Source: Octopus sinensis
Lineage: Eukaryota
Assembly: GCF_006345805.1 (NCBI RefSeq)
Contig: NC_043006.1
Coordinates: 91,016,001 to 91,080,000 of the forward strand
Length of the DNA stretch: 64,000 bases
Reading direction: 5' to 3'
Under the pieces are notes generated by a model. That model was not told the origin of the DNA. It made no database searches and saw nothing but the letters and a program-made list of their open reading frames with translations. Shown here piece after piece: positions 48,141 to 63,340 of the stretch (position 1 is its first letter; the number at the start of each line of letters is the position of its first letter). A program made the translations under genes and the position numbers.

Positions 48141-51100
48141 TTAAATCTCTTCTCATTTTATAATAGAATTCACCCGGAATGGGTTAAACAGGCTCCTATT
48201 GTGAGTTCATAGAAGTTTTAAGGGTTGATCAGAGTCCATGAAAACTGTCTGTATATGTAAGCCACCCAAATTGACCTGTGGCAGGTCGTCTTCACATCAC
48301 ACCTTCTCACTGCAGATGTGATCCAACACCACCAGGAAGCCACTGGATTCCAGAACGGGCACCACCTGGAATTCTAATGCCACCTGCTTGACAGTGTGTA
48401 CTGAGTGGTTTTTCCATGGCACAAGCATATATACAGATGATGATACACACACACATGTACATATTTATGTTTAGTGTTATATACCAACTTTGATTTATGG
48501 GGAGGAGTAAATGTTTTTCAAAAATTAAAGTGGAGCATGAGACACAAATGGTTAAGAAATACTGACTTATTCATTGCCTGGTTTCTCTTCTGTTCAGTTC
48601 TGTATTGCTGAATCCACAAGTCTTTTCTAAAAATATGCGGATCTGTAATTAATTCTTTTTTGCTGTTTTATAAACATATTTCCTTGTTTTTACCAATATA
48701 AATCAAAACAAATGATAGTCCAATGTAATTCTCTCATGACATAATTCTTAGGTGTTTTAATCTAATACCTTCCTTCTTTGTTTTTTGTTTTTGTTTTTTT
48801 TTTCTGTGAGCATTCTTCAAGAATTATTCCTCTTTGTTTTAGCTTTCCAGTAATTGATGATGGTGTTGATATGCCAACCATCAATCACTGACATGGCACT
48901 GCTACTATTCTTATCAGAGATCTTTAGCACTACCACAATACCATACCTCCTTTATTTCAATGTGGCTTTCAAATTCTCTTTCATTCTTCAAACTGCCTAT
49001 TTTGTGCCTATTTTATTCACATTTCTATAATGTGCTTGGATTAATTTTCAATACGCTCTTTTTATTCCATTAATTCTTCTTATTTAACAGCAACTCATAT
49101 TTTCATGCATCTTTTTTTTTATCCTACACAGTTATCCTCATTATTGCGTGCACATAATTCCCCAGCTTATTCTCACCTTCAGTTTTACTATTCTAAACAT
49201 TTGTCAGTTTTTATTAGCCTCTTCACTGCTTTTCCTTTTCTCTTGAATAATGTAGCTATTTTCTATTCTTCAACTTCAACCTTTCTACTCTGCATAGTTT
49301 TTTTTCTCTTTACATACATTGTTCTGGCTGTTTACTATATTGCATACAGATGTTATAGGATAAAAATATATTTCTACATTAATAAAAACTCAGATTTTGA
49401 GAAAGGAATTGATAATTGAGAAATTCATACATTTTTTGAGAGTGGAATATAAGGGAAGCACTCCTAATTGGCATTCAAAAAACTTGTTTATAGGCATCAT
49501 TCTTCTGTAAGCTAACCCCACCCCCCACACACACACTCCGCTTTCACCTTTGGATTGAATGTTTATAGACAAAAACTATCTGGAAAAATACTGGATTTAT
49601 CACACTAATTATTGAAGCATGTCTGTGGGCAAGTCAACAAGGGACCCTGAGTGTAATTGCTCAGTTTGCTAGAAACAGCAGACAGAACTGCCTAAAAACA
49701 CACTCTTACCATCATCAACAAGGAAGGAACACATTAAATAATAGACACTAGAAAAGAGAAGATGGCCAGCTCTTGAATGTCTTTAATCATTGGTCTACTC
49801 AACCAGGACTGACCTGGGATCAAACAGCATGTATGTGTCTCAATGATTTTATTTCACATCCACTTTTCCATGCTGGCATGGGTTAGACAGTTGCCTGAGG
49901 CAGTGTTTTACTATTGAATGTGCATCCTGTTAGTGACCCATGTAGCTGTCTCATATGACATACAGGGGACATGGTATACCTGTTCTGTACAGTCAATTAC
50001 ATAATATATACATATACACATTATTTAATTAGTTTTGTTATCTTAGATTAAAATCAGGAATTATTGGCTACAAGAAAATAATAAAAAGCTACTATTCCTA
50101 TATTATTTAATTTTTATTCTTCTCCTTTATATTAATCAGTAGCAGTCAATACATTTTCATCTCAGAAAGGTTATCTTTGTGGAGATTTAGTTGTTGATAA
50201 TTTTCATTTTATATATAATGTATGTTAGAGGCTACAACAGATAAAGCATTATTGAATTAATCCTTTGAAAAATATTTATTTTCTCAGTGTGTTTGTTTTC
50301 CTTTTCTTTTTGGGGGGATCGTTTCAAATATTGGCCTTCCATTCTAAATTACTTTGCACCTATTCAGCTTAAAAATTATTCTTATAATTTTATCTAGAAT
50401 GATATAAGCTAATCCGACATATAATTCAAATCACAAAGTACCTCTTGAGCCAGGCTGTGATTGTAATTTCCTCATGCTATTACTTCAGACTATGGCTCTG
50501 GTGTTTTCACTTGCCATTGTTATTTATCACTTGTTGTGGCTGAAATGTACTTCCAGCATTCTTCTGAAATCTCGTAATGAACATTTATTTTTGTTCTCTA
50601 AACAATCCTGGAATTGTATCATAATTGAGCCAGCCTGCTATAAAAAATTTTCTCACATTAATGTAAGTTTGTATTTTTATCTGTGAATAAAAACATAATT
50701 TTTTTCTAAGAATTAACAGCGGTTTCTCTCAGAAATATTGTCCTTCATTTATTGTGTTTATTGGATTTTACCCAGTCTATAATTTTTAACTTAAAGCATA
50801 GGGTTCACGCTAGAACAAAAGAAGTGTAAGCAAAACAAATCTTGTTAGTATCTGGATTGATAAAGGTAGATAAAAGCATTGATATTATAAATCTAGTTCT
50901 TAGACTTAAATTAGCTCTGATTGAATCAACCTATGATGAAAGGTATTCAATCTTTGACCATCCCTAGTCTGTATTTCTAGGACTACATTTTGTATGTCCT
51001 TCTTGTTTTAAAACAGCGTGGTAAGATTTGAGGAAGATTCAGTTGTTATTTCTAGCAAGTAAACTGACCATGGGAAACCTACTTTGTTGGTGTGAATTAT

Positions 51101-51260
51101 TGATATATTGGCTAAAGAAAAATGCTGGCACACAAATGAATAATTCTTGTTTATTCAAGCTTTTCCTTATAAAATATTAAAAAACAGAGAAAATCTAGAC
51201 ATGAGCACAGACATAGCTGTGTGCTTATATATGTGTCTGTGTTTGCATTTTTGTTTACAC

Positions 51261-51787
51261 TAGGGGTGGGGAAACCTTTTAGTGCATCAGGCAGAAATTT
51301 CTAATGAAAATGGTCCGCAGCAAGACCACAAGTTATGACTCTTATATCTGTGTAAATCTTGTATATATATATATATCTATGTATAATTCAATATACATTA
51401 AATATACATTTAACACATTAAATTAACATGTAACATCATTATTAATGCCGCCACTGAATTTAGGATGTTTATATTACTTATGCAGTATCCTATATTTTTC
51501 AGCTAGGGTGTAGTTGGGTCTCAAGAAGGTGGCACAAACCTAGCAATATGTGTTTTATAGTGAAAACAAAATTTCCATTCAAATGGCAATTACAGAACGA
51601 TTTCTGACCTTTTTAAGTCATAAGTGGAAACACAACCTGTGTCACAAATAGGCGTATGAATATTGTATAAATTTCATAATTGAAAAATTTACTATATTTT
51701 TTCCATATGAGTATATCAGCCTGCAGGTGGGATAGAATGTGCTCGCCGGGGCAATTGCAGCCACAAGCAGGGGTTTCCCCACCACTG
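51261..51787. mobile_element. Non-autonomous hAT (Charlie/Buster-type) element
   Basis: TIR taggggtggggaaacc / ggtttccccaccactg. Perfect 8-bp TSD gtttacac at 51253-51260 and 51788-51795 with central TA. Confidence 0.92.
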
Positions 51788-53668
51788 GTTTACACCAATT
51801 GAATCTAGTGTTGTGTTCATATTATATCCTTTTATATCCTGTAACTTAGTGGTTCAATATGTAGGTTCAATAAAATAACTACTGAAATAACCACTGTGGT
51901 CAATATGATCAACTAAATGCTTGAATGTGGTTTTCCCCAGATTGGCCGACAGCAGAAGATTGCTATCATTGTTATGGAATCCTGTCAGAAACTTTGCTAA
52001 TTTCTTTCATTATGATAAATATATTCTTTAAAAATGTCATTAGATTTACATTAACAATCTCTTATCTTTCCCACCTTCCATCATCACCATAGAATTATCT
52101 TATGCAACAAGCAACAGGAATCTGTTTTCACTTTTGAATAGAGATTAATTTGCTTCCCAATGTCTTTCTTTCATTAGTCCTAAATTTTTTCTCTTAGAAA
52201 CCTCTGCATTTTAAAACATTGCACATTAAAAAGCTATTTATATCTGATTGATTACTTCCAAAATGATTGTCTCAAACTCAGATTTCCTTATATTTTAAAT
52301 CTCTTGGTGAGAATTATTTGAACACTTGAGTGTTGCCTTGCTTTAAAAAGGCTTGTACCTTTTATTGTATTTCATATCTTACTGTTTAGCTTGCTGGTAT
52401 GATCAAAGTATTTTCTTGTTTCATTTTCCCTCCACTTCAATACTCTTTCATTATCTGTTTCTTTCATTAAACAAAATGCACAGTATTCTGTTTCTTTTGC
52501 AATTCTTCAGCACTGTTTTACAGCATTTGCTTTCTTATTATTAATAACCCTTAAGAATTCAAAAGAAACATCATCCTTCATCTTCTCACTAATGTCAATA
52601 GTCAAAGTCAGTCTACACTACAAACTGAACATAAAAAAAAAAAAATTATCAAAAGAATAGAAAAATATCAAAAGAGAAGGAAATTGGTAGAATTTTTCTA
52701 TCCAATAAAATTCCATTGCATTCAAACAAGCTAATCAGGAAACAATAATTTATCATTCTCCACCATTTCTACAGCAACAACTTCTCATCCATGTGATCAG
52801 TTTTTTTTCTGTCGAACACAGATTTAATGAAACTGATAGATACCAGTATTGGATTTGATCAACAACACCAATAAAGAAAGCTTTCCAAGACAGCAAAGAG
52901 AAACAAAAGTTGTATCTGTTTAACTGTGTAGTGTATTGAAGTCTTAGAATCATCATTTAATCAATGGCTGAGAATATAAATCCTTCTTCAGAAAACTTGT
53001 ATATTTTAAACTTTAATAACATGTAAGTGCAATTGCTACTTCAAAATTGCAAAGTAGAAATAATGCATTTGTAGAAATCTTTTAGCCATGCAAGACTTTG
53101 ATAATTTCTTTAAGAAATTATGCATCAAATAATTGTATGAATTCTTCCAAGATTCGTTTAAAATTTTCCCAATGAATAAATGTTATCTGTAAAATAGTAT
53201 AAGTAGCAGCAGTAACATTCTCGACCAGATATTGCGATTGACTTTACTAAGACTGGAGAGTCAAATAGTAGTTGACTCAGTAGCGTGGATAAAATTAAGT
53301 ACCAGTAATATTCTGTGATTAATTAAATTGATTTTGACTATGCCAAAAAATTAGACCTGCACCAAATCACTATTTTATCTGCTGCTTCCTGAAACTACTA
53401 AGAATAAACTATAGACAGAAAACTACTGAATTGATATGTCAGCTTTTTCCTATAATATAATTGATCAGATTCCTGTAATGTTAAAGTGGAAAAACATTTT
53501 TTTGGATTTGATCAATCGTGAAGATGAAATAAAAAGTTTTTAAAATATAGAAAAAAAAATTACACCTGTATTAGGAAAATGACTCCTGGGATGAAGGCTC
53601 AAAAAATAAGATTAATTTCCTTCTCTTCATATACTTTCAACACTGTTCACACAACAACTGCTTGCATA

Positions 53669-53671
<3 letters not shown>

Positions 53672-53741
<70 letters not shown>

Positions 53742-53757
53742 TCTCTCTCCCTCTCTC
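53672..53757. repeat. (CT)n microsatellite
   Basis: Directly visible. Confidence 0.95.
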
Positions 53758-55404
53758 AATGTTTTTTTTTTAAATCATGCTTTGAGAAATGATCTATTAC
53801 TATTTTGATCTAGGTTATCAGGTAGTTTTCATAGCAACATGTAATTTCTCAATTTCCTTGTAAATATTGCTTCCTATTTTTATTTGGTCATAAATTTATC
53901 TCAGAAGTAAAAAAAAAATGCTATTTTTGTTGTGGACATAAAACTTGTATGTAACACACACACACACACAGTGAGATGGTAGTAGTAGTGGTGGTGGTGA
54001 TGGTGGCAGCAATGATGATAAATATAGATAGACATGTTGACATAATGCATAGACATAATACAAAAGAGTGAATGGGTGGACAAGTGAAGATTTTATTTTG
54101 AACATATTTGTTTCTATTTAAATTTGAAAAATATAATTCTCTGATAGAAATTTTCTATCACAATATGATAATTTGATACATTATTTGAACAAGAAACTTA
54201 ATTTCCTTGTGTGAAAGAAGAAATATATTATTCCTACTGTCTCATGCAGAATCAGAATAAATGTATTTCTTGCAGATCTAAATTACAGACAAATGAAATG
54301 GGGGGTTTTTTGTTTGTTTGTTTGTTTTTTTGTTTTCTTTCAAAACACACTGATGCACATTTCTCTTAGAAATTTTATAAATTGTGTTACTCATAAAGGT
54401 TTGTAAATTTACCTTTCTGCAGCTGTTTCCCATTCCTTAATCATTTCCTCAGAATGTTGGGAAAAATGTCCTTATGATGGATTCCACTATTTTTTGTCAG
54501 GTATCTACAGAACAATACATTTAACCTGAAACTTGGTATTAACTACCTTTTTTTAATTTTTTTTTATTTATTTCCCCAGCAAATTGCTTTTGGGGTTTAT
54601 GCTTGTTATAATTACAGTCTGATAGGTCTTCCTTGGATTACACTTGTTCTGGTAACAATAAAAAGGTAACTTGAGGAATTTAATTCAATTCTCATGTTAT
54701 ATATATATCCATACTACTTGAATGTTTTCTGTTTTCTAATAATAACTGATTTGATATTGGGTAAATCATACAATTCCTATGTTTGTTTCACTTGTTTAAT
54801 GAAGATCTATCGTATTTTACACACAAAATATGCAAACCTTCATCTATTATCATAAATGTGTCTGAATGCATCAATGTGTTCGAAACATATGAAAACCTAT
54901 TGTATTTAGAGCAAATCTGAAGTTTTTCCCCACCACTAATACGTTATGAAAGTAAACCAGTAGTTTTAGTAGTGTGGTTAGTATTTCACTATGCTTAGTT
55001 AATTGTTATTATATTTCCTCAACACATAATAGTTATAGAGCTTGCACTGAAGATGTCTAAACAGTGAATAGTTAAGCATTGGTTAACTATTGCTGTTTAA
55101 ATATTGTTTATTTAATAATAGTAGAATTAAATTGTTTTAAAGTCAATCCTGCTAGTCTGAAACATGTTGAAGTGTTTATAGCTACAAGATTAGGGTTAGG
55201 GTTTAAAAATAGAACCCTTATAAATTCTTACTTGTTTTTATATTCCTGCCAAATGTGTTCTTTATTTTGATTGTTAAACTTGATTTGAGGCAGATAAATT
55301 ATTCATTCTCTATTTTCTTATTACTCACTTATCCTGAGAAATTATATTTTACTTTACAAAGACAAGTGATTTCTAGGATTTTTTATATTATTTCTATTAA
55401 CAAC

Positions 55405-55495
55405 AAGGTGGCAAGCGGGAAGAATTGTTAGCCCACTGGACAAAATGCTTAGCGGTATTTTGCCTGTTACTACGTTCTTAGTTCAAATTTAACCA
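55405..55495 (+). mobile_element. OK-type SINE head
   Basis: ggtggcaagcgggaagaattgttagc...caaaatgcttagcggtatttt...tagttcaaattt. Confidence 0.7.
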
Positions 55496-58117
55496 GATGT
55501 TTTCCAGTTCAGATCAAAAATAAACTAAAATATCTCAATGATACTTGTGAATTATTAATTTTACTTAGAAATTATCCACCAGTATTATGGGATTTTGTTC
55601 CTCTTGCTGCTCATTATTTCCTTGAAATATGAACATTGTGAAATTGGTTGTGAAGTTCTTAACTAACTTGAACTACATCTGTTGCTATTTGAAAATATAT
55701 TCTATCATGTTTGGATTGTGTTGGAGCTTCTATTCAACAACTGCTTTAAATATCAGTTCATGCAATATTTATTCTTATACAGATGGTAGAGTGGAGCTGT
55801 CATATCTTTTACATCATCATAATTGATTTTCTTTCTTCAATTCAGAAACCATTTTCTTCTCACATGCACACATACTCACTGTGCCATACATCATAAATTT
55901 TATTACACATATCACACATATGCAAGTGGGAATTTTATCTTGCTGTCTCCTTAAATTACTGATCAATATCTTGTTGACTGCTCATGGCTTAGTAATGATC
56001 ATTCTTATTGATTTCTTTGTTACTTCCACTCTTAAGCATCTGCCTTAACTTTATCCTATACACAGTCATTTCCTAATTAAACAATTATAATTGAATATTA
56101 AAAAAGTGTTCCATCAACTTATATAAATGTGGGAGATTTCAACTATTTCCCCTTTATGAATTTCCCAGAGCACACACTTTTCAGTTACTGTTATCACCAT
56201 AAAGGAGTTCAAGACAACCCAACTAATTACATTGACTACCTTATCCAATTATTTTACAATTTTAATTATTTTATATTAATTATTTTGTAGAAAATAAACT
56301 AAAAATTATGCAGTTTTCAAGCGTATGTTATTGTTGTAAAGATTGCATTTAATCGTTCCTAAAATGTTTATGGTACCAGAAAGTCGTTTATTTGATCTTG
56401 CAGTTTAACAATTAGATGTCAGTTTTATTGTATACTCGTTGCCTCCTCTCCAACATCCTTCGTTTCTCACGCATCACATCAGTACCGTTTCATTTCTACT
56501 GACATCTCATCAGGTTTTAGTTTCTATTGCTTATGATTGTTGCTGTTATTGCTTTTCATTTGCTTCAGTCATCAGACTGCAGCCATACTGGGGCAGCAGT
56601 GTCCTGAATGGTTTAGTCAAGCAAATCAACCTCAGTACTTATTCTGTTGATCACTTTTTCCAAACCAGTGTAACCACAGGGATGTGAACAAACTAACACT
56701 GGTTGTCAAGTGGTGGGAGGGATGAACAAAAAGACACGCACACATATGCATACATGCATATACACACACATGCTTACACACACTGGGCTTCCATACAGTT
56801 TCTCTCTACCAAATTCACTCACAAAGCATTGGCTATAGTAACAGACAGTTGCTTAAGGTGCCATGCACTAACACTGACCCCCAGATCCATGTGGTTTTAA
56901 AGCAAGCTTCTTAAACACCCAGCAATGCCTGACTTTTACTTTCGGTCTCTATCAGCTCTTCTAAAAGGGACCAGATTGAGAGAAATAAGTTAAAAGTTAA
57001 TGATAATTTCCATAGTACATTTCTTACTTTTGCATTATATTTTTAATTGTTTTATTTAATTCACACAATTTAGTGAGAAAAACTAAAGATATCTCACATT
57101 GCAGGATTTATAGCACAGTACATGCATTTTAAGAAGATCATAGAAACCTTTTTTGCATCTCTTTCCTAAAACAGAAACTTGTTCCAAAAGCCAATGGCAT
57201 ATTTCCATTCCTCCTGGCTTAAGAAAACAATAAATTGGTTCTTTGATGAATAAAATATTTAACTTAGTTACTTTCACTGCAACTTACTGTGTGAAGTGAG
57301 TCAACTAAAAATAATCTGGTACCTTTGATGAAAACAATTATGAACTTGTTTCTGTACATAGTCAAATAATTGATATTTTGTTATTTTCATTAATTCCAAT
57401 TAATTTTGAAATATTTTTCTGTCACCAAGAACATTTTTAATTTGATTATTTCAAAAAGGCAATGAGAAATATTTTGGGAGAGATTTTCCTGCTTTTGGTA
57501 CATAAACTTAAATTTCTTCTAGTTTTATGGTGTATGGAAAAAGTCCTTTATATTCATTTCTTTAAATTTTTCTTATTAATTTTGAAAATACTTCCTGCAT
57601 AATTTGAGCTGCAAATGTTCTAAAGTTAGTGATTTTTATATTTACAATTTTCAATGAAGCTACAAAGAGATTCCAGTTTTATTAACTGGTAGCTGTAAGT
57701 CTTGTTTCAAAGAGAGGAAGAGACTGCAATTAAAGATGTTATGGTACAAATTAAGTGTACCATCCACAAACATGAACAGTCCAAACCATAGGCTTCCACA
57801 CAGTTTCCATCTAGCAAATTTTTGTCCCAAAAGCCTTTGGTCAGCTAAAGTCTGTGGTGGTAGAGAATTGCCCAACATATGTGTGAAGACTGAACTCTCC
57901 AAACCCAGTAGCACTTATTCAACTATTTGTAAAATTTTTATTCTAATTAAAGCAGATCTTATTGTAAAGAAAGATTTAAATTATAATAGCACTTTGTCTA
58001 TTTGAAGTGATACCATATATAGACCTGGTATTTCTATGTATTCTACATAATTACATATGTACATATTAAAGTTATCTACTAGATCTTAATTCAATTGTCA
58101 GTTATTCAGTTTCGTTA

Positions 58118-58120
<3 letters not shown>

Positions 58121-58160
<40 letters not shown>

Positions 58161-58206
58161 ATATGTATGCATGTATGCATGTATGTATATATCATCATCA
58201 TCATCA
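58121..58206. repeat. (TA)n/(TGTA)n/(CAT)n compound microsatellite
   Basis: Directly visible. Confidence 0.9.
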
Positions 58207-58348
58207 TTGCCATTATATTTTGCACCAAGTAATTTATTCAGAATGCCACATCTTGTTTTGACATTATCCAAGAAATTAAGAGATTTTTTTAAAATCATTA
58301 CATTTGAATCTTGCAAATATATTATAGAATTATGACTATGTAGGTATC

Positions 58349-58379
<31 letters not shown>

Positions 58380-61269
58380 ATTTGCTCATACATATTGTCA
58401 TCACCATCAATATCCTTATGATACTTTTTTTCCCCTCTTGTGCTATCAAAGGCCAGATAAGCTCTCACAGTGCCCCATTCCCCTTCATCCTCTTATATAC
58501 CTAACAACAGAGAATCCCCCCCTTTGTTGTGTGTGTCATGATTCGGGGGTGGGGAGCAAGAGTCAAATTGTTCTTACACTTGGCTGAAGCACCAACTGCT
58601 TTACATTATCATTGACTGGAGATGCATTTTGCTGTGCCATCCTTCACTTGAGAACTTGTCTGCAATAGAACTAAAAGAATACCACTTATGTACTCTCTAT
58701 TGGGTTTTGCTTATAGTTATTGCTCTCCTGGACAAGTTACTTTGGCTGCAGTTTGCTATTGAAATAAATTCTTCCAAGTATCAAAGCTGAGTCACTTCTT
58801 TGGCTTTACTGGACAAGTCACTTTATGAACAAGCAATAGTTTATTTGTAGCATTAGCACTTGGACATACATTTTCCAAAAGGGTCAGTTACATTGACCCA
58901 GTAATCGGTTAGTATTTTATTTTATCAATGCTGGAAGAATGAAAAGTAAAACTGATCTTAGTGAGATTTGAACTCTAAATGCAAACTGCTCTAACTAAAT
59001 ATCATAAGAGATTTTGTTAATTACTCTATCAATTCAGTGTCCATGGATGTGTAACGTTGAGTTGGTTTAGCTTGGTACAAAGCCTAGATTTTGGTTGTAT
59101 TATTCATAAACTTGACTGAATTAAGTCCATTTGTATTAGTACTTCTTTCAAGGTGGTGAGCTGGCAGAAACATTAGTAGGTTCTCTGCAGCCCTGAGGTC
59201 CTTCTTGTTGCCAACCCTCACCTGTTTCCAAGTAAACATGTTATTTTCCCTAATCCTTCAAACACAAACAGCACAATGGACATGTTTCCATGGAAGATTA
59301 GAAATGAATGGTACCGAGTGCAGGGCAGGGACTCTATTGCACTACGTCAAGACAAGCAGACACACTGACACACACATATGAACATATGCATGCCTCTGTG
59401 TGTGTGTGTGTGTGTGTAAAACAGGCTTCTCATGCATCAAATAACTGATTGATTGTTTAACCAGCACATTAAACAACTGATTGATTGATTAGTTAGATGT
59501 TAAACCAATTGACTGACAATGAAGAAGTGATAATGAACCAGTGCATGTGTTTTCATTATTGCTATAATGACCTTCCCAAGACAGTCTGTCTATCAATTCT
59601 ACTCACAAGGCTTCAGTCAGACCTTGACTATTGCAGAAAACCATTTGCCCCAGATGCCCCAGAGTGGGACTGAAATTAGATCAGATGGTTAATTAGGGAA
59701 ACAACACATAAGGATAGGTTTTTTTAAAACACATTAATAATTAAAGAATTTTTACTGCATTTTAATTTAAAAGAAGTAAATAATTTATTAAATGAAATAA
59801 TTGTTCATTGCATAAATTATAGGCAACTGGCTGAAATAGGAGGAAATGTCTTAAAACAGAAAAATAATTTTATCAATGAACATGATTTTTATATTTTCAA
59901 TTATAGCAAACGAGTTCACTTATTTTATTTTGATAATTTTACTATTTTTTATTGCAAATGATGAACAACAATTGTTTCTGATTCAAGCATAAGGCCAATA
60001 ATTTTAAAGAAATGCATTAGAGATGTCTTCAATCTCAGCACTTGGCTGCTGCAATGAACCAGTCTTTGTGCTTCATGCCATTTCCAATGACAAAAGTGCC
60101 AAGGGAGTGTCTATAATTCAATGCTGAATAAATATCTCAAGTAACTTTGGTCATAAAGCACCGGTTGTTTTAGTACCAATATACACACACACATGCACAC
60201 ATGTGCACATATGTGTGCGTGTGTGTATACCCAGCAAACTTCCACACAGTTTCCATCTTGCAATTTCCACTACCAAGAAGTCTTGCAATTCAATCAAAAC
60301 TGGAACCATTTCATTGTGAACCAAACCTCTTAAACCTACAGCCAATCCTATTTCAATCACTTAATCACTAATGTTGTTTGGTTTTTTTCCAAATAACATC
60401 ACTCTGTATTGAACCAAAGCAGTAATAATTCTTCACATACGATATATAAATATTTTTTTGGTTGTTGTTCTAAAGGTGCCTGCTTGTAAAACTTGCTTTG
60501 TTACTTTCCACTTAACCACTATTTAACCAATGCTTTTTAGACGCTTATTGATTCTGCCTCATTTATTATTCAACTAATTCACTAATGAATTCTTTGTCTT
60601 TGTTTTTGTTTCAATTTTTCTTTTTATTTATATCTTATAAATCTGTCATTCTCAAAATAGTTTTCTCGAAAATTAATCATTTTTATCTGTCGTAAATAAT
60701 TACTGTAGAGACTAAAAATGTCTGAGGTGATATGAGGTTGCCATTCAGCAGAACTACGTACTTGTCAGATGTGGGTTCATATTCTCCACAACTGTTTTAC
60801 TGTCCAATTTTCTCAGTGTACCAGAACTCAGATAACTTTAAGGAACAAGTAGCAGATATTCTGGAGAGAGAGTTATTTGCTACAATTTATATATTCAGGG
60901 CAGATGGGGCATAGGGTCATAACATTTCTCCTGATGGCTATAGTATAAAAAAAAATGAATGCTTGTTTTTTTTTTTATTCATTTAAGTGACTTGAAATTG
61001 AAAGACTCATCTAGTAACTGTGTAAACCATACCAAAATCATGACATACTCAGTAACAATGATTAGAAGTTTCCTCTGCTGTTGTCTTAGATAAAGTACAG
61101 TTATAACAGCTGGTAGCACTCGTATCTAACCTTTGCAGGTTAGGTTTAAGTTGACACACGCATTAAGGGGAGAATTTTCAACAGTAAGTCAAAACTGCTC
61201 TGCTATATGATGCCCAGTCATGGTGAATGGAAACAAAATATCCTGAGAAAGCTCCTAATATTCATAAAC

Positions 61270-61560
61270 ATGTACCTTTAAAACTCCTAAACATAAGACA
61301 TCTAGAAATTTTGAGCAACAAAGACTTCCGGGTCAAAACCAAGAAACAACCCGTCAACCAACAAAGAACAAGATGCAATTGGAAGTGAGTAGACCATATA
61401 TATGTTAAGAAGGCCAGAAGAATGTTTGCAAAAGTAAGATTTGTTCTGGAACCTGAAGGGCAAAAGGAAGACAGTTGAGGTGAGTTTAGAGGGATAGATG
61501 GAAGAGGAACTAAAAACAACAGGGCATGGACCAAAAATAAAACAAGAAAACACAGAACAG
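61270..61560 (+). mobile_element. Possible decayed APE-domain LINE fragment
   Basis: LEILSNKDFRVKTKKQPVNQQRTRCNWK*VDHIYVKK loosely resembles the APE C-terminal region. Confidence 0.3.
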
Positions 61561-63048
61561 AACACATCAAAATTACTGTCATCACCATTGTCATCGTCAT
61601 CATTTTTCATACAATCTTTCCATGTTGGTTTGGGTTAATTGGCTTTTCACTTTCAGCATTTTGTGCTTCGATGCCCTTCCTATCATTGTTCTAATTTCAT
61701 CCTAGAATATGATATATGTATGGTTATTATTTCAATGTTCTTGACTAAATTTTTAGAAATTACAGGATCTTATTTCTGTATTCTTTCGATAATGTCTGTT
61801 GTTGTAGAACTCTTATATACCCCACCCCTCCAAATTACATTTCTTTGAAGCACACTACTACCCAATCCTTAAGAGAAATATTACAAGTTATTTACAATAA
61901 TTGCATTATAATTTATTTAGAAACATGCAATATTTTCATTTCCTTTTTATAATTTCCATAATTTCCGATTTTGTACAAAACAATTTTTCCAATTATACTT
62001 CTTTGCTGTTTCTAAAATTTTCCATTCTTCATTATTGTTGTTGTTGTTCTTCTAATCATCATCATTGTCATTATAATTTCAAGTCACAATCAAAAGTACT
62101 AATTGACAAACATTTTGTCATCTGTTCTTTTCTAAGAATTACTAGAATCTTAAACCAAATTTGTATTCCATTTGATGTGTTAAAACATTCCTGATGACAT
62201 TGTTACAATAGTCTTTCTTTTTTTCTGTCGATTCATTTTCTTTCTAACACTTAGTGAAAAATGAAACTATTAAAAAGAAAGTCTGTAAAAGTAATCTTTG
62301 TTTAAGTTGGTAAAAATATTATTTTCTCTCATTTTTGTCCTTGAAAAACAATTACTGTTTTTGGAAATAGTTATCAAACCGTTTTGTATCTCTATGTCCT
62401 ACCTATAAATTTTTTTGGTTTATTTATCCATCTCCCTATCTCTTCATCTGTGCATCTATCTTGATATTTAAAACACACACACATACACACACACTGCTTT
62501 AATACATAACTCCAATTCCAATGTAAAACAACATTATTCTGCAAATATAGTTGCAGAATGTATGAACATTCCAACTTCTGATTCCTCCTTCCCTAATAAT
62601 ATACAGCTGTTTGTTTGTGTAAGTAGATTGTCTCCAGTTACTAGCAAGAGGGCCATGTGATAAAGAAGTTCTCTTCTTGACCCGTGGTTCTGGCTTTGAC
62701 CCATTGTTCAGCACATTGGGCAGATATGCAAGTATTTTTTACTGTAACCTCAAGTTGACAACCTCTGGGTGGGATTCAGTGCATGGAAACTATGCAGAAG
62801 CCTATTGTATATTTGTAAATGTGTGTGTTTGTGATTTTTTTATGTCTTTGAAACTACACTGCCAGTTGTACGAAAAAGGAAAAAAAAAAAAAGCAATATT
62901 AGATCAGAAAGAATAATTTAGTGATTCAATGAATAGATATCAATAGGAAATCTATCAGACTGAAATAAGTGATTGACTAAGATCTTTGAAGTTGCTGCCC
63001 CAGCAAGGCTACCGTTCACTGAATGAAACAAGCATAAGAGAAGAGCAC

Positions 63049-63063
63049 TGTGTGTGTGTGTGT

Positions 63064-63155
<92 letters not shown>
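63049..63155. repeat. (GT)n(CT)n microsatellite
   Basis: Directly visible. Confidence 0.95.
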
Positions 63156-63156
<1 letters not shown>

Positions 63157-63286
63157 TTGCTCTCGTTGTATGTACACTAGTACTAATGTAGTGTGTTGAT
63201 AGTCTTTCAGCTGAGAAGTATATATGCTGAAGAATGAAAATTTGCTATCTGAATTTGTATAAACTTCATGCTATGTTGGAGTGTTA

Positions 63287-63290
<4 letters not shown>

Positions 63291-63335
<45 letters not shown>
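63291..63335. repeat. (TA)n microsatellite
   Basis: Directly visible. Confidence 0.95.

Positions 63336-63340
<5 letters not shown>

Noticed and set aside
48842-48890. FPVIDDG after a strong acceptor as the next RXYLT1 exon
   Set aside because: Lacks the preceding YRN, closes after 15 codons, and shows no further similarity.
54500-54540. Phase-2 acceptor starting with a Tyr codon (ttttttgtcag|gtatcta)
   Set aside because: Translation YLQNNTFNLKL is unrelated to RXYLT1.
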